Part shown: positions 26,494 to 38,845 of the stretch, piece after piece
Layout: every line of letters begins with the position of its first letter
Position numbering within the stretch: position 1 is the first letter of the stretch
Origin: Macrostomum lignano
Lineage: Eukaryota
Assembly: GCA_002269645.1 (NCBI GenBank)
Contig: NIVC01003300.1
Span: 1-64,000, forward strand
Length of the DNA stretch: 64,000 nt
Direction: 5' to 3'
The notes under the pieces: generated by a model
What the model was told of the DNA's origin: nothing
The model's input: only the letters and a program-made list of their open reading frames with translations
Database searches by the model: none
Translations under genes and position numbers: made by a program

Positions 26494-29486
26494 CTGAACT
26501 CGGCGCTAGAATTCGTGCTCGTGTTGTTGTCCTCGGAGTCCGTGGCCCCGGCTGCCAGGCTCGGCATGCTCTTGCTCTTGAAGCCGCCGCCGCTGCCGCC
26601 TCCGTCGGCCACCTCGCCGGAGACGCCGTTCGACACCATCGTGACCGGCCGGTGGCGCCTACGGCGAGTCGCCTCAGCGATGCAGCCGCCGCCCGTCCCG
26701 CCACCGACGCTGTCGACGCGAATTCGGACTCGCTGGCCGCGCAGCCGCCGGCGCTTCTCGACGTCCTCGACGGCGGTCTCGGCGGCGCCCGGGTAGCCGC
26801 GCACGGCCATCTGCCGCCGAAGGAAGTCCTTCGCTCTGGCCAGGGCGTCAAGCCGGGAGCCGGCGCCGGAGCCCGCCTCCTCTGTCTCCTCCTCGTCCTC
26901 GTCGGCTTCGTCTGGAGCTCGCGGCGCTGCGCCATTCTCGTCTGCTTCTTCATCATCGTTGTCAGCGTCAACGTCGAAATACCGACCGTTGCCGTTCGTC
27001 AGGCCGACGGCGCCCGCTGCCGCCGGGGCGCGCAGTTCGCTGCGCTCCGAGGTCAGGCGCTCCACCTCACGCTGCAGCTCCGCCTTCGCCTGAGCCAGCT
27101 GATCGCGCTGGCCGCACAGCGCCCGCATCTCCGCCTCGATCCGCGCCCGGCGCCGCTTTGCCTCCTCCTCGGCCTGCGCCGCCTCCGCCGCCAGCGCCTC
27201 AGCCGAGCGGCGGCGAGACTCCGCCTCCTGCGCCGCGCGATCCCCCCGGCGCTGCTCTTCCTCAAGGCGCGCCGAATTCTCGCGCTCCTGCTTCCGCTTT
27301 TCCGACTCCACTTCCGCCTGTAGCTGGGCGCGCGCCGCTTCGACCTGCGCGGCCAGCTCTTTGCGCAGCGCCTCCTCCTTAGCGGCGTGCTCTTTTCGCA
27401 GCGCCTCCAGCCTCTGCGCATGTTGCTCCTCCAGCTGCTTCAGCTGCCGCTCCTGCCGCTCCCGCAAGTCGCGCCGGCGCTCCTGAAGCACATCGTCGAG
27501 GCTCCGCTCCATGCCTTGGAGGGCCTGCATCCGCTCCTGACTGCCGCGAAGCTCCGCCTCGCGGCGCCGGCGCTCCTCGCGCTGCTGCCGCTCGAGCTCG
27601 CGCGACAGCTCCTCCAGTTCCGCCTCATAGCGCGCCTGCAGTTCGCGCCGCTGCTCCTCGATGCGCTCAGCGTGACGCCGCTCCGCCTGCTCCCGCTCGG
27701 ATTTGAGCTGCTCAGCCAGTCGCGACTTCACCGCCTCCAGCTGCCTGGCCGACTCCTGCTCCAGCTTCTTGCGCTCCCTGTCCTCCGCGGTGCGCAGCTC
27801 CGAGCGCAGCTTGCCGAGCAGGCGCTCCTTCTCTGACTCGAGCCGCTGCCGCTCGTCAGCCTGAATTGACTGCACGTCCTGGCGCAGCTGCTCCAGGCTC
27901 TCCTCCTGCTTCGCCTTCAGCTCGGCCTCCGCCTCAGCCAGCTCAGCCTGCAGGCGGTCTTCGAGCTCCGCTTTCTGCTTCAACGCGGCGCCGCGCATGG
28001 CCGCCTCCGCCCGCTCGAGCTCCGCCTGGCTGAGCTGCCGCTCCCTGGCTAGCTTCTCGTTGCGCTCGGCTTCCAGCGCCCGGCGCTCGGCCTCCACAGC
28101 CTCGGCTAGCTGAATTCGCAGTCTCCGAACTTCCGACTCTTTATCTTCTAATAATTGCAGCTTCCGGTCTTCCAGTTCCGCCTGGTTGCGGTGGCCCAGC
28201 CGCATCAGCGACTGCTCAGCGGCCGAGCTCAATTCCTCGTCTACTCGGGGCGGCGGCCGTAGCGGCGTTCGCGGAGTCCGCGGTGTCCGGCCGGTGAGCG
28301 GCTTTCTCGGCGAGCTCTCGTCGAACGAGGAGCGGCCGATGTCGCGCAGGGTGTTGTTGCTGAGCCGCAGGCTCTCGGCTACGCTCTCGAAGTCGTGCTG
28401 CTGCTCCAGCATCTCGATGCGGGTGGACACCTCCTTGTCTACGTGGAAGTCCGGCTCCTGACGGCCGCCGGCCGCCGACTCGTCGACGTCATCGTCGTCT
28501 TCGTCGTCGTCGTCCTCGTCAGCCAGAGCGCCGTTGGTCAAGGAGGCGGTGGCAGCAGCAGTTTTGTTGAACGACTGGTGGCCGCCGTTGGCCGCCGCCT
28601 TGGCCGGCCGCTGCGGCTCGGGCGCGGCCTCGGACTCGGTGGTCTCCGTCTCCTCGTACTCGGCAGCCGGCGCAGCGTACTCCTGCGGCCGCATCAGACT
28701 GAGCCGGTTGCTCAGCCTCAGCTTCTTCTTTGATCCGCCGTCATTGGCATCGCGGACTTTCTCACCGCGCTCGTTATCGCCCGCCGCCTCTTCGCCGTCG
28801 TCTTCTCGGTCGCTGGCGTCGCTATCTTCCTCGACGACATCGTCCTGCCGACTGTCGTTGCCGATGTCGAGGAGGATCCGACTGCCGGCGCCGATAGCGA
28901 TCCGGCTGTTGCTGCTGGCGCCGGATGCCGTTGCCGTCGACTTGATGGCGCTGTGCTCCGCCAGGCTGCGCGGCGTCCGCGCCGTAGTTGCCGGAGTCTG
29001 CGGCTGCGATGAAGCCGCCGCCGCCTGCTCCGCCTGGGCGCCGCTGCCTCCTTGGGAGCCGCTCCTGCCTGGCGAGGCGCCCGGCGCCGCCGCAGCCGTG
29101 GCAAGCCGCTGTCGCTCCTTGATGACGAGCAGCCGGTAGTGCTCATCGCAGGGGTGCTCCCAGCTGGACTGCCCGGTGCGGAAGTTGAAATAGTACACCG
29201 CCTCGTCCTCGGCCGACCGGTCCTGAATCGGGCGCCAGTCGGGAGGCAGCGGCGCTACCAGGCCTTCGCGGGCCAGGAACATGAGCTCCGGCTCCTCCTC
29301 CACGTTGATGCCGATCGACCGGGCATATTCGGCCAATTCCTCGGGCGTCGGCTGATAGTCTTCGATTACCTCCTCCAGGATGACCTGGTTGCCATAGTTA
29401 CCATTGTGATTGCCGTCTTGGCTCCGTGAGGACATGTTGCTCTCATAATCGTGATCAGGCTCTGAGATGCCCGAGTCAATCATCAT
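26494..29486 (-). CDS. CEP164: Centrosomal protein 164 (WW domain + long coiled coil), major coding exon
   Basis: N-terminus [52 protein letters not shown]...[28 protein letters not shown] matches the CEP164 N-terminal/WW region. E/R/Q/L-rich coiled coil and [12 protein letters not shown] follow. Donor AG|GTGAG at 26494/26493. Start Met uncertain (29486, 29483 or 29435). About 1230 aa with the terminal exon. Confidence 0.92.
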
Positions 29487-30130
29487 AGGCAGCTCCGTTG
29501 TCGGGCAGGCCTGCTGCTGCAGCCTTGGCCGCTGCTGCAATGTCAGCCCTGCGGCACAGGACGAGGGATGGGTCGGGCGGTTAGCACTGACGCATTCAAG
29601 GGAAAGCAGAGGAGAAGAGGGAGAGTGTGGATCGAGTTGGCCTACAAATAGCACTGATAAGGGCCCGAGCTTGCCTGCGTGCAGGCCTCTGTGAGCCTGT
29701 CACCCTGTGCGAAAATTCGACCCGATAATGCGTGTCTCTCTCTCACTGCGGTCTCTCACCCGCCAGGGGGGGGGGGGTTAGACAGGCGAGTTGGCCAGGT
29801 AATGGAAACGAAAATTCTTTGCCCCACTATATAAAATGATCGGCGCGCTTAGCCGGTCAGCTAAACTTTCGCCATATCTTCTGCGTATACTAAATATTAA
29901 GCCGATGTTAATGAACTGGGTTGGGGCAGGCAGGTTGCGCACGAGAGCCAGTGTCAGTGAATACCTGCTAACAACTCCATTAAATAATTTTTTGCCAATC
30001 TTATCCAGGCTGCTATCGATCAAGATTAGGAATAATTGATAGCAACGACTGGGATTGAATCGTGGAGGTACAATTCGATCTGGATCGAAGATAATGCATT
30101 TCGTTTTGCTAAATTTTACTGAAATTGAGC

Positions 30131-30131
<1 letters not shown>

Positions 30132-30215
<84 letters not shown>

Positions 30216-30249
30216 AATCAATCAATCAATCTATCTATCTATCTATCTA
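30132..30249. repeat. (ATCT)n microsatellite with an (ATCA)n insert
   Basis: Direct reading. Confidence 0.95.
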
Positions 30250-31410
30250 GTTAAGAAGCAATACAACCGTAAAAAAGAACTAGGTCAACTCACTGGGTTG
30301 AAGTGCGGAACCTGTTGCTGTGGCCAATTTCTAAGTAAAGTGGTGAGACTATCTTTTAAAAATTTCGAGAAATTAACGATGAAGAGAGGTTAAAAAAGCA
30401 GGCAAGAAAATAAATTTGGGCCTCAGTTGGCAGCTGAGCTGTGAACGAAACCTCGATGTCGGAGCAGGCGCTTCATTTTTGAGCTGCCAGTGGGGTGGAG
30501 GCGGGCAAGGCCGAAAGAGATGAAGAATAGCAGAGGCTGGATGGGTTTAAGGTCGCCTATACCTGCCTATGCCCAGTGTCGGGGGCTACGGCTAGCGGTA
30601 TTTTTCGGAGCAGGGGGTGGCGAAGCATGGCAGACAAACAGACTCGGAGGCTATCAAGCCGGGGTTAACCTCTGGGCGCAGCAAAACAGAAGATAAGAAT
30701 AGGCAAGAGACGATACGCGAGAGTAAACACGCCAGCAGGCCAGCCTCTCTCTCAATAAGAGCCAGGGAGACAGAAAATCAGCCCCCGGAGAGACAAGGTG
30801 TGGGGTGGATGGCCACCCAAGGCCACAGGCGGGCAGTCAGCAAGTGCCTCTGCCGGCCTCGGAGACCGCACCCAGCAACTAAAACGCCGAATTCATTAAA
30901 TCATCTCTTGCAAATAATGGAACGAAAAGCTTGTCTTACTATTGCAGAAGAGTTTAGCCGATAAAATAAGTGTTGCACTCGCCAAGAATTAACTGATAGC
31001 GACTCAACTAAACCTAAAGTCCATCGATCCAATACGCTAATATTATTACTATTAAATGAGTGAATTCTGAATTCTAAAACATCACAGTCTGTGCACTAAA
31101 AATCCACCTTTAAATTAAGAAGCTTTTCTCGCATTTCCATAAACACTCCAATTTTATGTTGCTATGATAAAAGAAAGGAGAGAGAGAGAGGGAAAGAGAG
31201 AAAGAGAGGAACGCCAACTCTTCTCCATTCTCCTGTCTTGCCCACCGAGTTTTAACCAGCATACAAACAAACAGTTCAACTTCCCGCAATGGATTTTTAT
31301 GCGCATATTTTGGCAAAATATGCGCATAACCGAAACATCATCACCACCGAAATATTCGACTCACGGGCATTCGCATTGCAGCAGCTTAGCCTTGATTGCA
31401 GCTTAATACC

Positions 31411-32090
31411 TTGATTGCAACTCACTAACTTGATTTTAACTCACTAACTTGATTTTAACTCACTAACTTTATTGCAGCTCACTAACTTGATTGCAGCTCA
31501 CTAACTTGATTGCAGCTCACTAACTTGATTGCAGCTCACTAACTTGATTGCAGCTCACTAACTTGATTGCAGCTCACTAACTTGATTGCAACTCACTAAC
31601 TTGATTGCAGCTCACTAACTTGATTGCAGCTCACTAACTTGATTGCAGCTCATTAACTTGATTGCAGCTCACTAACTTGATTGCAGCTCACTAACTTGAT
31701 TGCAGCTCACTAACTTGATTGCAGCTCACTAACTTGATTGCAGCTCACTAACTTGATTGCAGCTCACTAACTTGATTGCAGCTCACTAACTTGATTGCAA
31801 CTCACTAACTTGATTGCAGCTCACTAACTTGATTGCAGCTCACTAACTTGATTGCAGCTCATTAACTTGATTGCAGCTCACTAACTTGATTGCAGCTCAC
31901 TAACTTGATTGCAGCTCACTAACTTGATTGCAGCTCACTAACTTGATTGCAGCTCACTAACTTGATTGCAGCTCACTAACTTGATTGCAGCTCAATAACT
32001 TGATTGCAGTTCACTAACTTGATTGCAGCTCACTAACTTGATTGCAGCTCACTAACTTGATTGCAGCTCACTAACTTGATTGCAGTTCAC
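31411..32090. repeat. 19-bp minisatellite AACTTGATTGCAGCTCACT
   Basis: About 35 units, period 19. Confidence 0.97.
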
Positions 32091-32884
32091 TGCTCGGACT
32101 GCAAAGGTTTCGCAGGCTAGCCCATAGTTAAAGCTAATGATCTGAAGCCAATCATGTTCAATCGTTTGATTTTTTTGAATCCAAACAAATTAACAAATTA
32201 ATGAGAAATTTAATCTCGGAACCCAGCATGTCACCGGGAAACAAGAGATAGAGCAGAATTGGCTGTTCAGAAACAAAATGCACTTTTCATGTAACCTCGT
32301 GGGCGTTGGCTCTTCACATGCAACCATGACAGGAGCCATATTTTAAGAAACTGGCGCTTGGAAGAAAAGTTCATTTAAGCAATAGTTAATCGCATCGCTA
32401 GAGAGGAAAGCACGTGACTAAGCAGACAGGTCTGGCATAGGGGAAATAGGGGGGGGGGGTAGTTGAAAACGACCAGGTAGGTAATGAATAATTAATTAGA
32501 CATTGAGAGAGAGAGACAGAGACGCAATGAAAGGAGCCAGAAAAAGCAGAAACGGGAAGGGGAGTCTGAAAAGAAAAGATGCTGCGGTGGAGCGACGCTA
32601 TGTTAAAAGACAAGGGAAGACAAAGCGGAAAGAGGATCTTAAGAAAAAGTGATCGAGACAAAACTTCTTAAGCTCCAGTGGGCCCCGCCGACCATGCTCA
32701 ACACTCTCAGAGTTATTAGTGCTCTAACCGTGCCGTGGGCCCGCCTTCATTCATTGAGTAAACTCTCGCTGAGTGGAGACAAAACTCAGTAAGTGGGGGA
32801 CATCAGGGATAAAGTTAGTAACGCTACATGTCGGCCATGTAAACTTTATGAGTAATCACTGCTGAAATCAAGCATGAGGGCTGC

Positions 32885-33390
32885 GCATGCGAATGAGGGC
32901 AGTGGAATGAGCAGGTGCTGTCATGAATGAGGGCAGTGGAATGAGCAGTTGCGGTCATGAATGAAGGCACTGGAATGAGCAGGTGCTGTCATGAATGAGG
33001 GCAGTGGAATGAGCAGGTGCTGTCATGAATGAAGGCACTGGAATGAGCAGGTGCTGTCATGAATGAGGGCAGTGGAATGAGCAGGTGCTGTCATGAATGA
33101 AGGCACTGGAATGAGCAGGTGCTGTCATGAATGAAGGCACTGGAATGAGCAGTTGCTGTCATGAATGAGCAGGTGCTGTGTCATGATTGAGCAGGTGCTG
33201 TGTCATGATTGAGCAGGTGCTGTCATGACTGAGCAGGTGCTGTCATGAATGAGCAGGTGCTGCATTATGACTGAGCAGGTGCTGTCATGACTGAGCAGGT
33301 GCTGCATCATGAATGAGCAGATGCTGCATCATGACTAAGCAGATGCTGTCATGACCGAGCTGGGGCTGTCATGACTGAGCAGGTGTCATG
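32885..33390. repeat. 34-bp minisatellite decaying into about 20-bp units
   Basis: GAATGAGGGCAGTGGAATGAGCAGGTGCTGTCAT, then GACTGAGCAGGTGCTGTCAT. Confidence 0.9.
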
Positions 33391-34244
33391 CTGTGTCAAA
33401 GCTAAAAGTGCAGACTCCCAGGCTCTCACCGTCCCGCTGTCGGAGCATTACTGCTCAGGCAGCCAGGAACATCGCTGCCACCAGAACTCGGTGCAACTTC
33501 AATGCAACGGATGACTCTGCCGAGGAACCCCAGTGTCTGTCCGTATTGCAAGCACTTCCGGGCGTTTTCTAGTGTGTATTTATCGCGACTTGGACGCAAA
33601 AAAGATAAATTGCCGACACAAATAACGAGTTGACTGTTCCAGACAAAAGGACAAGCCTAAAAACTGGCATGGGCGGTGGCGGCGCTTACGTAGCCGAAGC
33701 ACGTGAGGGGAGCAGGCGGATTCTAGAACTGGGACCCGCGATTGGCTGGGAGCAGTAATCTAGTCAGAAAAAGCAGAGCACAATATAATGCAGCCAGGCT
33801 GCATCGGGAGTCTGGTGGCCCGCATTCCCCACCCTCCTAACCAAACAGGGAATGGGAAGCGGAGCGAGAACGGTCGTGACTAGGAGAAGACGAAAGAGGG
33901 GGGAAGGGGGGCAGACAAGAAAAATAAGGCAAGAGCTGGCTGGGTCTTGAAGGAGAAGCAAGGGATTTGCAATGCCCTTTCTTGCTCATACTCCCTAGCA
34001 TCCAATCCAATGCAAAGCACTCTTCTGCATTGCCATTGTCTCCTGTGCCCGGGCAAAACCAGCAGCTGAACGGAGGCGAAAATATCCCAGCAATGCGGAG
34101 CTCCCAAAACAGGGCTGGCTGTACGCCCCCGCAACACACCGGTTATTTCTAAGAAAAAAATCAAGTAACACTGACAGCTGATAAGAGAACTTTCGGTATA
34201 TGGCCTAATTAGCTCTCGAAAATTTAATATTTCAGATCCCAGAA

Positions 34245-35460
34245 GGGAGTCAGATCCCAAAACTGAGGGATTGAGATCCCAAACTGAGGGATTGAGATCC
34301 CAAACTGAAGGAATAAGATCCCAAACTGAGGGATTGAGATCCCAAACTGAGGGATTGAGTTCCCAAACTGAGGGATTGAGATCCCAAACTGAGGGATTGA
34401 GATCCCAAACTGAGGGATTGAGTTCCCAAACTGAAGGATTGAGATCTTAAACTGAGGGATTGAGATCCCAAACTGAGGGATTAAGTTTCCAAACTGAAGG
34501 ATTAAGATCCCAAACTGAGGGATAAAGATCCCAAACTGAGGGATTAAGATCCCAAACTGAAGGATTGAGATCCCAAACTGAGGGATTGATATCCCAAACT
34601 GAGGGATTAAGATCCCAAACCGAGGGATTGAGATATCAAACTGAGGGATTAAGATCCCAAACTGAGGGATTGAGATACCAAACTGAGGGATTAAGATCTC
34701 AAACTAAGGGATTGAGATCCCAAACTGAGGGATTAAGATCTCAAACTAAGGGATTGAGATCCCAAACTGAGGGAATAAGATCCCAAACTAAGGGATTGAT
34801 ATCCCAAACCGAAGGAATAAGATCCCAAACTGAGAGATTGAGATCCCAAACTGAGGGAATTAGTTCCCAATAATAATAACAATAATAATAGTTACGCCCC
34901 ACGCCAGCCACAGAAGTGGCCAAAAGGGGGGGGGGCGTCAAATCGCGCGTTTCAGAGCTAGGTCTCTAATGTGCTTCACACCGGCACCGGCCGCCTGGCT
35001 GGGTGCTCGCGCATCTTCAAAAAGGCGGTCGACGTAGCGGGCTGATCGTCCCTGGCCACGCCTGCGCGGTCCCTGCGGTGTCCACAGCAGGAGTTCCCAA
35101 ACTGAGGGAATTAGTTCCCAAACTGAGGGAATTAGTTCCCAAACTGAGGGAATTAGTTCCCAAACTGAGGGAATTAGTTCCCAAACTGAGGGAATTAGTT
35201 CCCAAACCGAGGGAATTAGTTCCCAAACTGAGGGAATTAGTTCCCAAACCGAGGGAATTAGTTCACAAACTGAGGGAATTAGTTCCCAAACTGAGGGAAT
35301 TAGTTCCCAAACTGAGGGAATTAGTTACCAGACTGAGAGATTAAGATCATAAACTGGGGGGTGGAGATCCCAAACTAATGATTGAGATCCTAAACTGAGG
35401 GATTTAAATTCCAAACTGAGGGGTTAAGATCCCAAAATGAGAATAACATAAGATCCCAAA
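34245..35460. repeat. 21-bp minisatellite TGAGGGATTGAGATCCCAAAC, split by a LINE fragment
   Basis: Arrays at about 34245-34870 and 35092-35460. Confidence 0.95.
34871..35091 (-). mobile_element. 5'-truncated RTE-type non-LTR retroposon (221 bp)
   Basis: Minus strand encodes LLLWTPQGPRRRGQGRSARYVDRLFEDA...IRDLALKRAI* (35093-34938), then a (TAT)n-like tail. 9-bp TSD AGTTCCCAA at 34862-34870 and 35092-35100. Confidence 0.85.
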
Positions 35461-37936
35461 TCCTAAACAAAGCATATATCCCATAGAATTTTAGAGATCT
35501 ATTCTAAAATGCAAAACAGCCCAGATGCATCTAGAATCACAGATGACTCAATCCGACAGCTTTAGAAATGCGATCTCAAATGACTGAACCTGTAAATAGC
35601 GCAGTTTACAGGCAGCGCTGGCCAGAGTTCACACAAGTCATTAATTTTTATTGCATTCTCAGGTTTGGCCTGCTGTGTCGATTGAAAACCGGGAGGGGGT
35701 AGGGCGGGTTGAAGCCGCCAGGATTAAACTCCCAAAACTAATGAGCAGAGGAATGAGCCTAGGGGAGCATTGCAGCTTGTTAGAGCACCCGCCGCGCACG
35801 CAAACATGAGCAATGAAATTGAGCTGGCAAAAAGCATTGAGACACCATGCGATGAAATACTGTCTCAAAAATAAAAGTTTTTAGCATTTAGGAAAAGAAA
35901 TATTCTAAACTGCAGAAAGGGGAGGCACTCGATCCCACAAATTCATCACAACAAAATTCACGAATTCAAAGTGGTGGAGCACTATTTTTGATGTTATATT
36001 TCCTTTAAGTTTCGATGAATTGAGTCTAACAACATCACTGGGGCGATCATTTTCACGCAGAATTTAATTTTTTTTACAACGTTTGACACGTTGACATTCC
36101 TACAATAAATGAGCTCTGCTCTCGGGGTTGCACTAGAAAATTGGGCTATTTAGCCCCGTTATTGCAGCTGGCCTTGTCTGCAGAGCAATAAAATATTTTA
36201 TGCCAAAAGCCTGGCGCCAAACAACCCAAAACTTATGCAATTGAGCGCTTCGTGTGCATCAATTTCTAGAAAATACAAATTGCCATTATTAGCCTACTAA
36301 TAGTAGAACTATTTGAATTTCGGGACAAGTGATTAATAAAACAAAAAAATAAACTCAAGATTTCAAGTATTAGTTAAGTGTTGCTATACATATATTATCA
36401 CCAATGTTGTTGACAATCATAAAACTTCAAAATCCAGAAATTTTAATGATTTGGCCATCTGCAGGGTCATGGCCACTGTGCCACTTATGCTTAAAATTGC
36501 TAAAATTATCATAGAAATTTAAGCTGTCTCATTAATTTCTAGAAATATAAATGGCATTGTCCAAGCACAACATAATATAACCAATAAATATTTCAAGGAG
36601 ATAAAATGAACTGAATTAAGTATATACTAGCTATGCATAAAGTATTCAAATTTCATGCAAAATATTAGGCTAAACATAGATACTAGAATAACTAGATAGA
36701 CAACTCAGTATATCTGCATACAAGCTACTTTCAGTTTAGTAGTAACTGCTGAATCAGTAGTACCAAATTTCAATTAATACCTAGTACAAAATGTATTTTA
36801 GAACTTAAAGTTACTTATTGATTTTTTGTTAAAAATTTAATGACTTGTAAAGCAAAAAACTATTTAAGTTTAAATAATTTTCATTATAATGTAAAGTTTT
36901 CTTATAATATATAGCATATAGGCCTGACTATATATAGGGTGACTATGCATTTTTGGACATAAAAAATAAGGAGAAATAAGGAAAATGAGAAATATATCTA
37001 GTATAAGTAGATTTGCATTGAAATGAAAAAGATTGAAGACAATATTTTCCTTGAAGCAGAATGTTTATAATATAGAAACATTAAAATAATGCTCCAATTA
37101 TTATATTTAAATTATTAGTAGTTATATAGTCATGTAGGAATTAGCATGCTTTGTTAGTATATGCCTAGTTAATTTGAATTAAATTAAAAAGTAGGCTTGC
37201 CTGCTTCATTGAATATTTTAAGAAGTCTAGCTATTAGCTTCACTAATAGCAAGCTTTGCAAAATGCCATTTCTCACCCAGGTTGCACTCTAGTTTCTTGA
37301 TCTGCTCTTGCTTATGTTTCTAGTTTCTGCTAGAGGCTGCTAGCTAAGTAGCTGCCTTTCACTGCTCCTTTTGAGCTGACTAGCATAGGGATTATATAAC
37401 TTATATATATTTTTTATCATAGCCAGTATGAATTGTATTTTAGGATCCAACCTAGCATACTAAATTGCTTTGTAAATGATTCTTTAAGCAATGAGATTCA
37501 ATTTAGATAGATTTTCAACTATTAAATTCTTGTTAACCAGAACTACTTTCAACCAAAGCTTGGCCAATGGATAAAACCAATATAATTTAGATAGGCTTAG
37601 CTAATATACTCATACCATGCCAATAGTTCTTGGCACTTTTGAATGTATTTTTGTCATTGAAAAGTTATGAGTAAAAGTTGTCTATATAAGAATTGGCTAT
37701 TGTAAATTGTTAGAATGTCTTATATACTTTTGAATCAGTGTATAGAATAGCAAACTATACCCTGGCAATATTAGCTGCTTGGTGCATGATCTAGCTAGCT
37801 TCAGATAGCAATATTGGGCAAAGTCCTAGTTTCTTGCATTAAATTATCTTTATACTAAATTTCAAACTAACAAACCTGCAAACCAAAGCATACTTTAAAT
37901 ATGTAAGTCTTTAAACTGTGGAGGTCTTAAAAGTAC

Positions 37937-38559
37937 TACGAGAAGCGTACTGAAAGTTTTGAGATATGACTGACTCATAAGTCACAATTGCACAAATTTT
38001 TATGTACATACTCTACCACCCTTAAGATGATTGGGTATAAATTTTCAGTCTTTTCACTCTTGTCAATTTTTCACAATCACTCTTTAAAGTCAATACCCCC
38101 TACCAAACTGTACTTGCTCCAATAACAAACTGCAACTTTTGTGCCATGATAGTTAATGACTAGCACCAGACTTTGTGGCCTGCTGCTGCACCACGACAAT
38201 GCCAGTGCACACACGGCTGCTGCAACATTGGCATTTCTAGCCAAGAATAGAGTCAAGTTAGTGACGCATCCCGCTTATTCCCCTGACCTGGCACCTTGCG
38301 ACTTCTTTCTCTTCCCTTTGGTGATGAACCAACTGCGTGGGACTTGGTTTGAGAGCCCTGGAGCAGCAAGATTCGAGTTTGAGTGGGTGGTGTCAACAGT
38401 GCCAAAAGAACAGTGGGCTGGAGCCTAGACGGAGTGGTTTCACCAGATGAGGAAATGCGTACAAGCTGGCGACAACTACTTAAAAAAATTGTGATAGAAA
38501 TTTAGCTTCAGACATTTATGGTTTTGATGTATCCCAAAACTTTCAGTATGCCCTGTGTA
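37937..38559 (+). mobile_element. Internally deleted mariner element
   Basis: TA-flanked TIRs of about 27 bp (CGAGAAGCGTACTGAAAGTTTTGAGAT / ATCCCAAAACTTTCAGTATGCCCTGTG). Relic LHHDNASAH...HPAYSPDLAPCDFFLFP at 38156-38470. Confidence 0.9.
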
Positions 38560-38641
38560 TTATACAATATAGTAACAGGTATAGGTTGCCTAGTACAAAA
38601 AGTTGTCAAAGCACTTTTCTAGGTAGAGTTGGCACTAGAGG

Positions 38642-38845
38642 CAGTGGCAGATCTATAATTTCATTTGGTGAGAGAGGAAACAGTCCAAGTTTGGGGCACC
38701 AACATATTAGGGATACCAACTTTTAAGCAAGGGGCACAAATATGCATGTGGAGGGCAAAAATCAAGCCTTTTGGAAGCACAATATATTCTATCAAGGTAT
38801 TTTGGAGAAAGGAGACAACTGTGCCCTACCCTAAATCTGCCCTTG
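38642..38845. mobile_element. hAT-type MITE (204 bp)
   Basis: TIRs CAGTGGCAGATCTA / TAAATCTGCCCTTG; perfect 8-bp TSD ACTAGAGG at 38634-38641 and 38846-38853. Confidence 0.85.

Noticed and set aside
26319-29429. Long plus-strand and alternative-frame ORFs over CEP164
   Set aside because: Shadow ORFs of GC-rich coding sequence.
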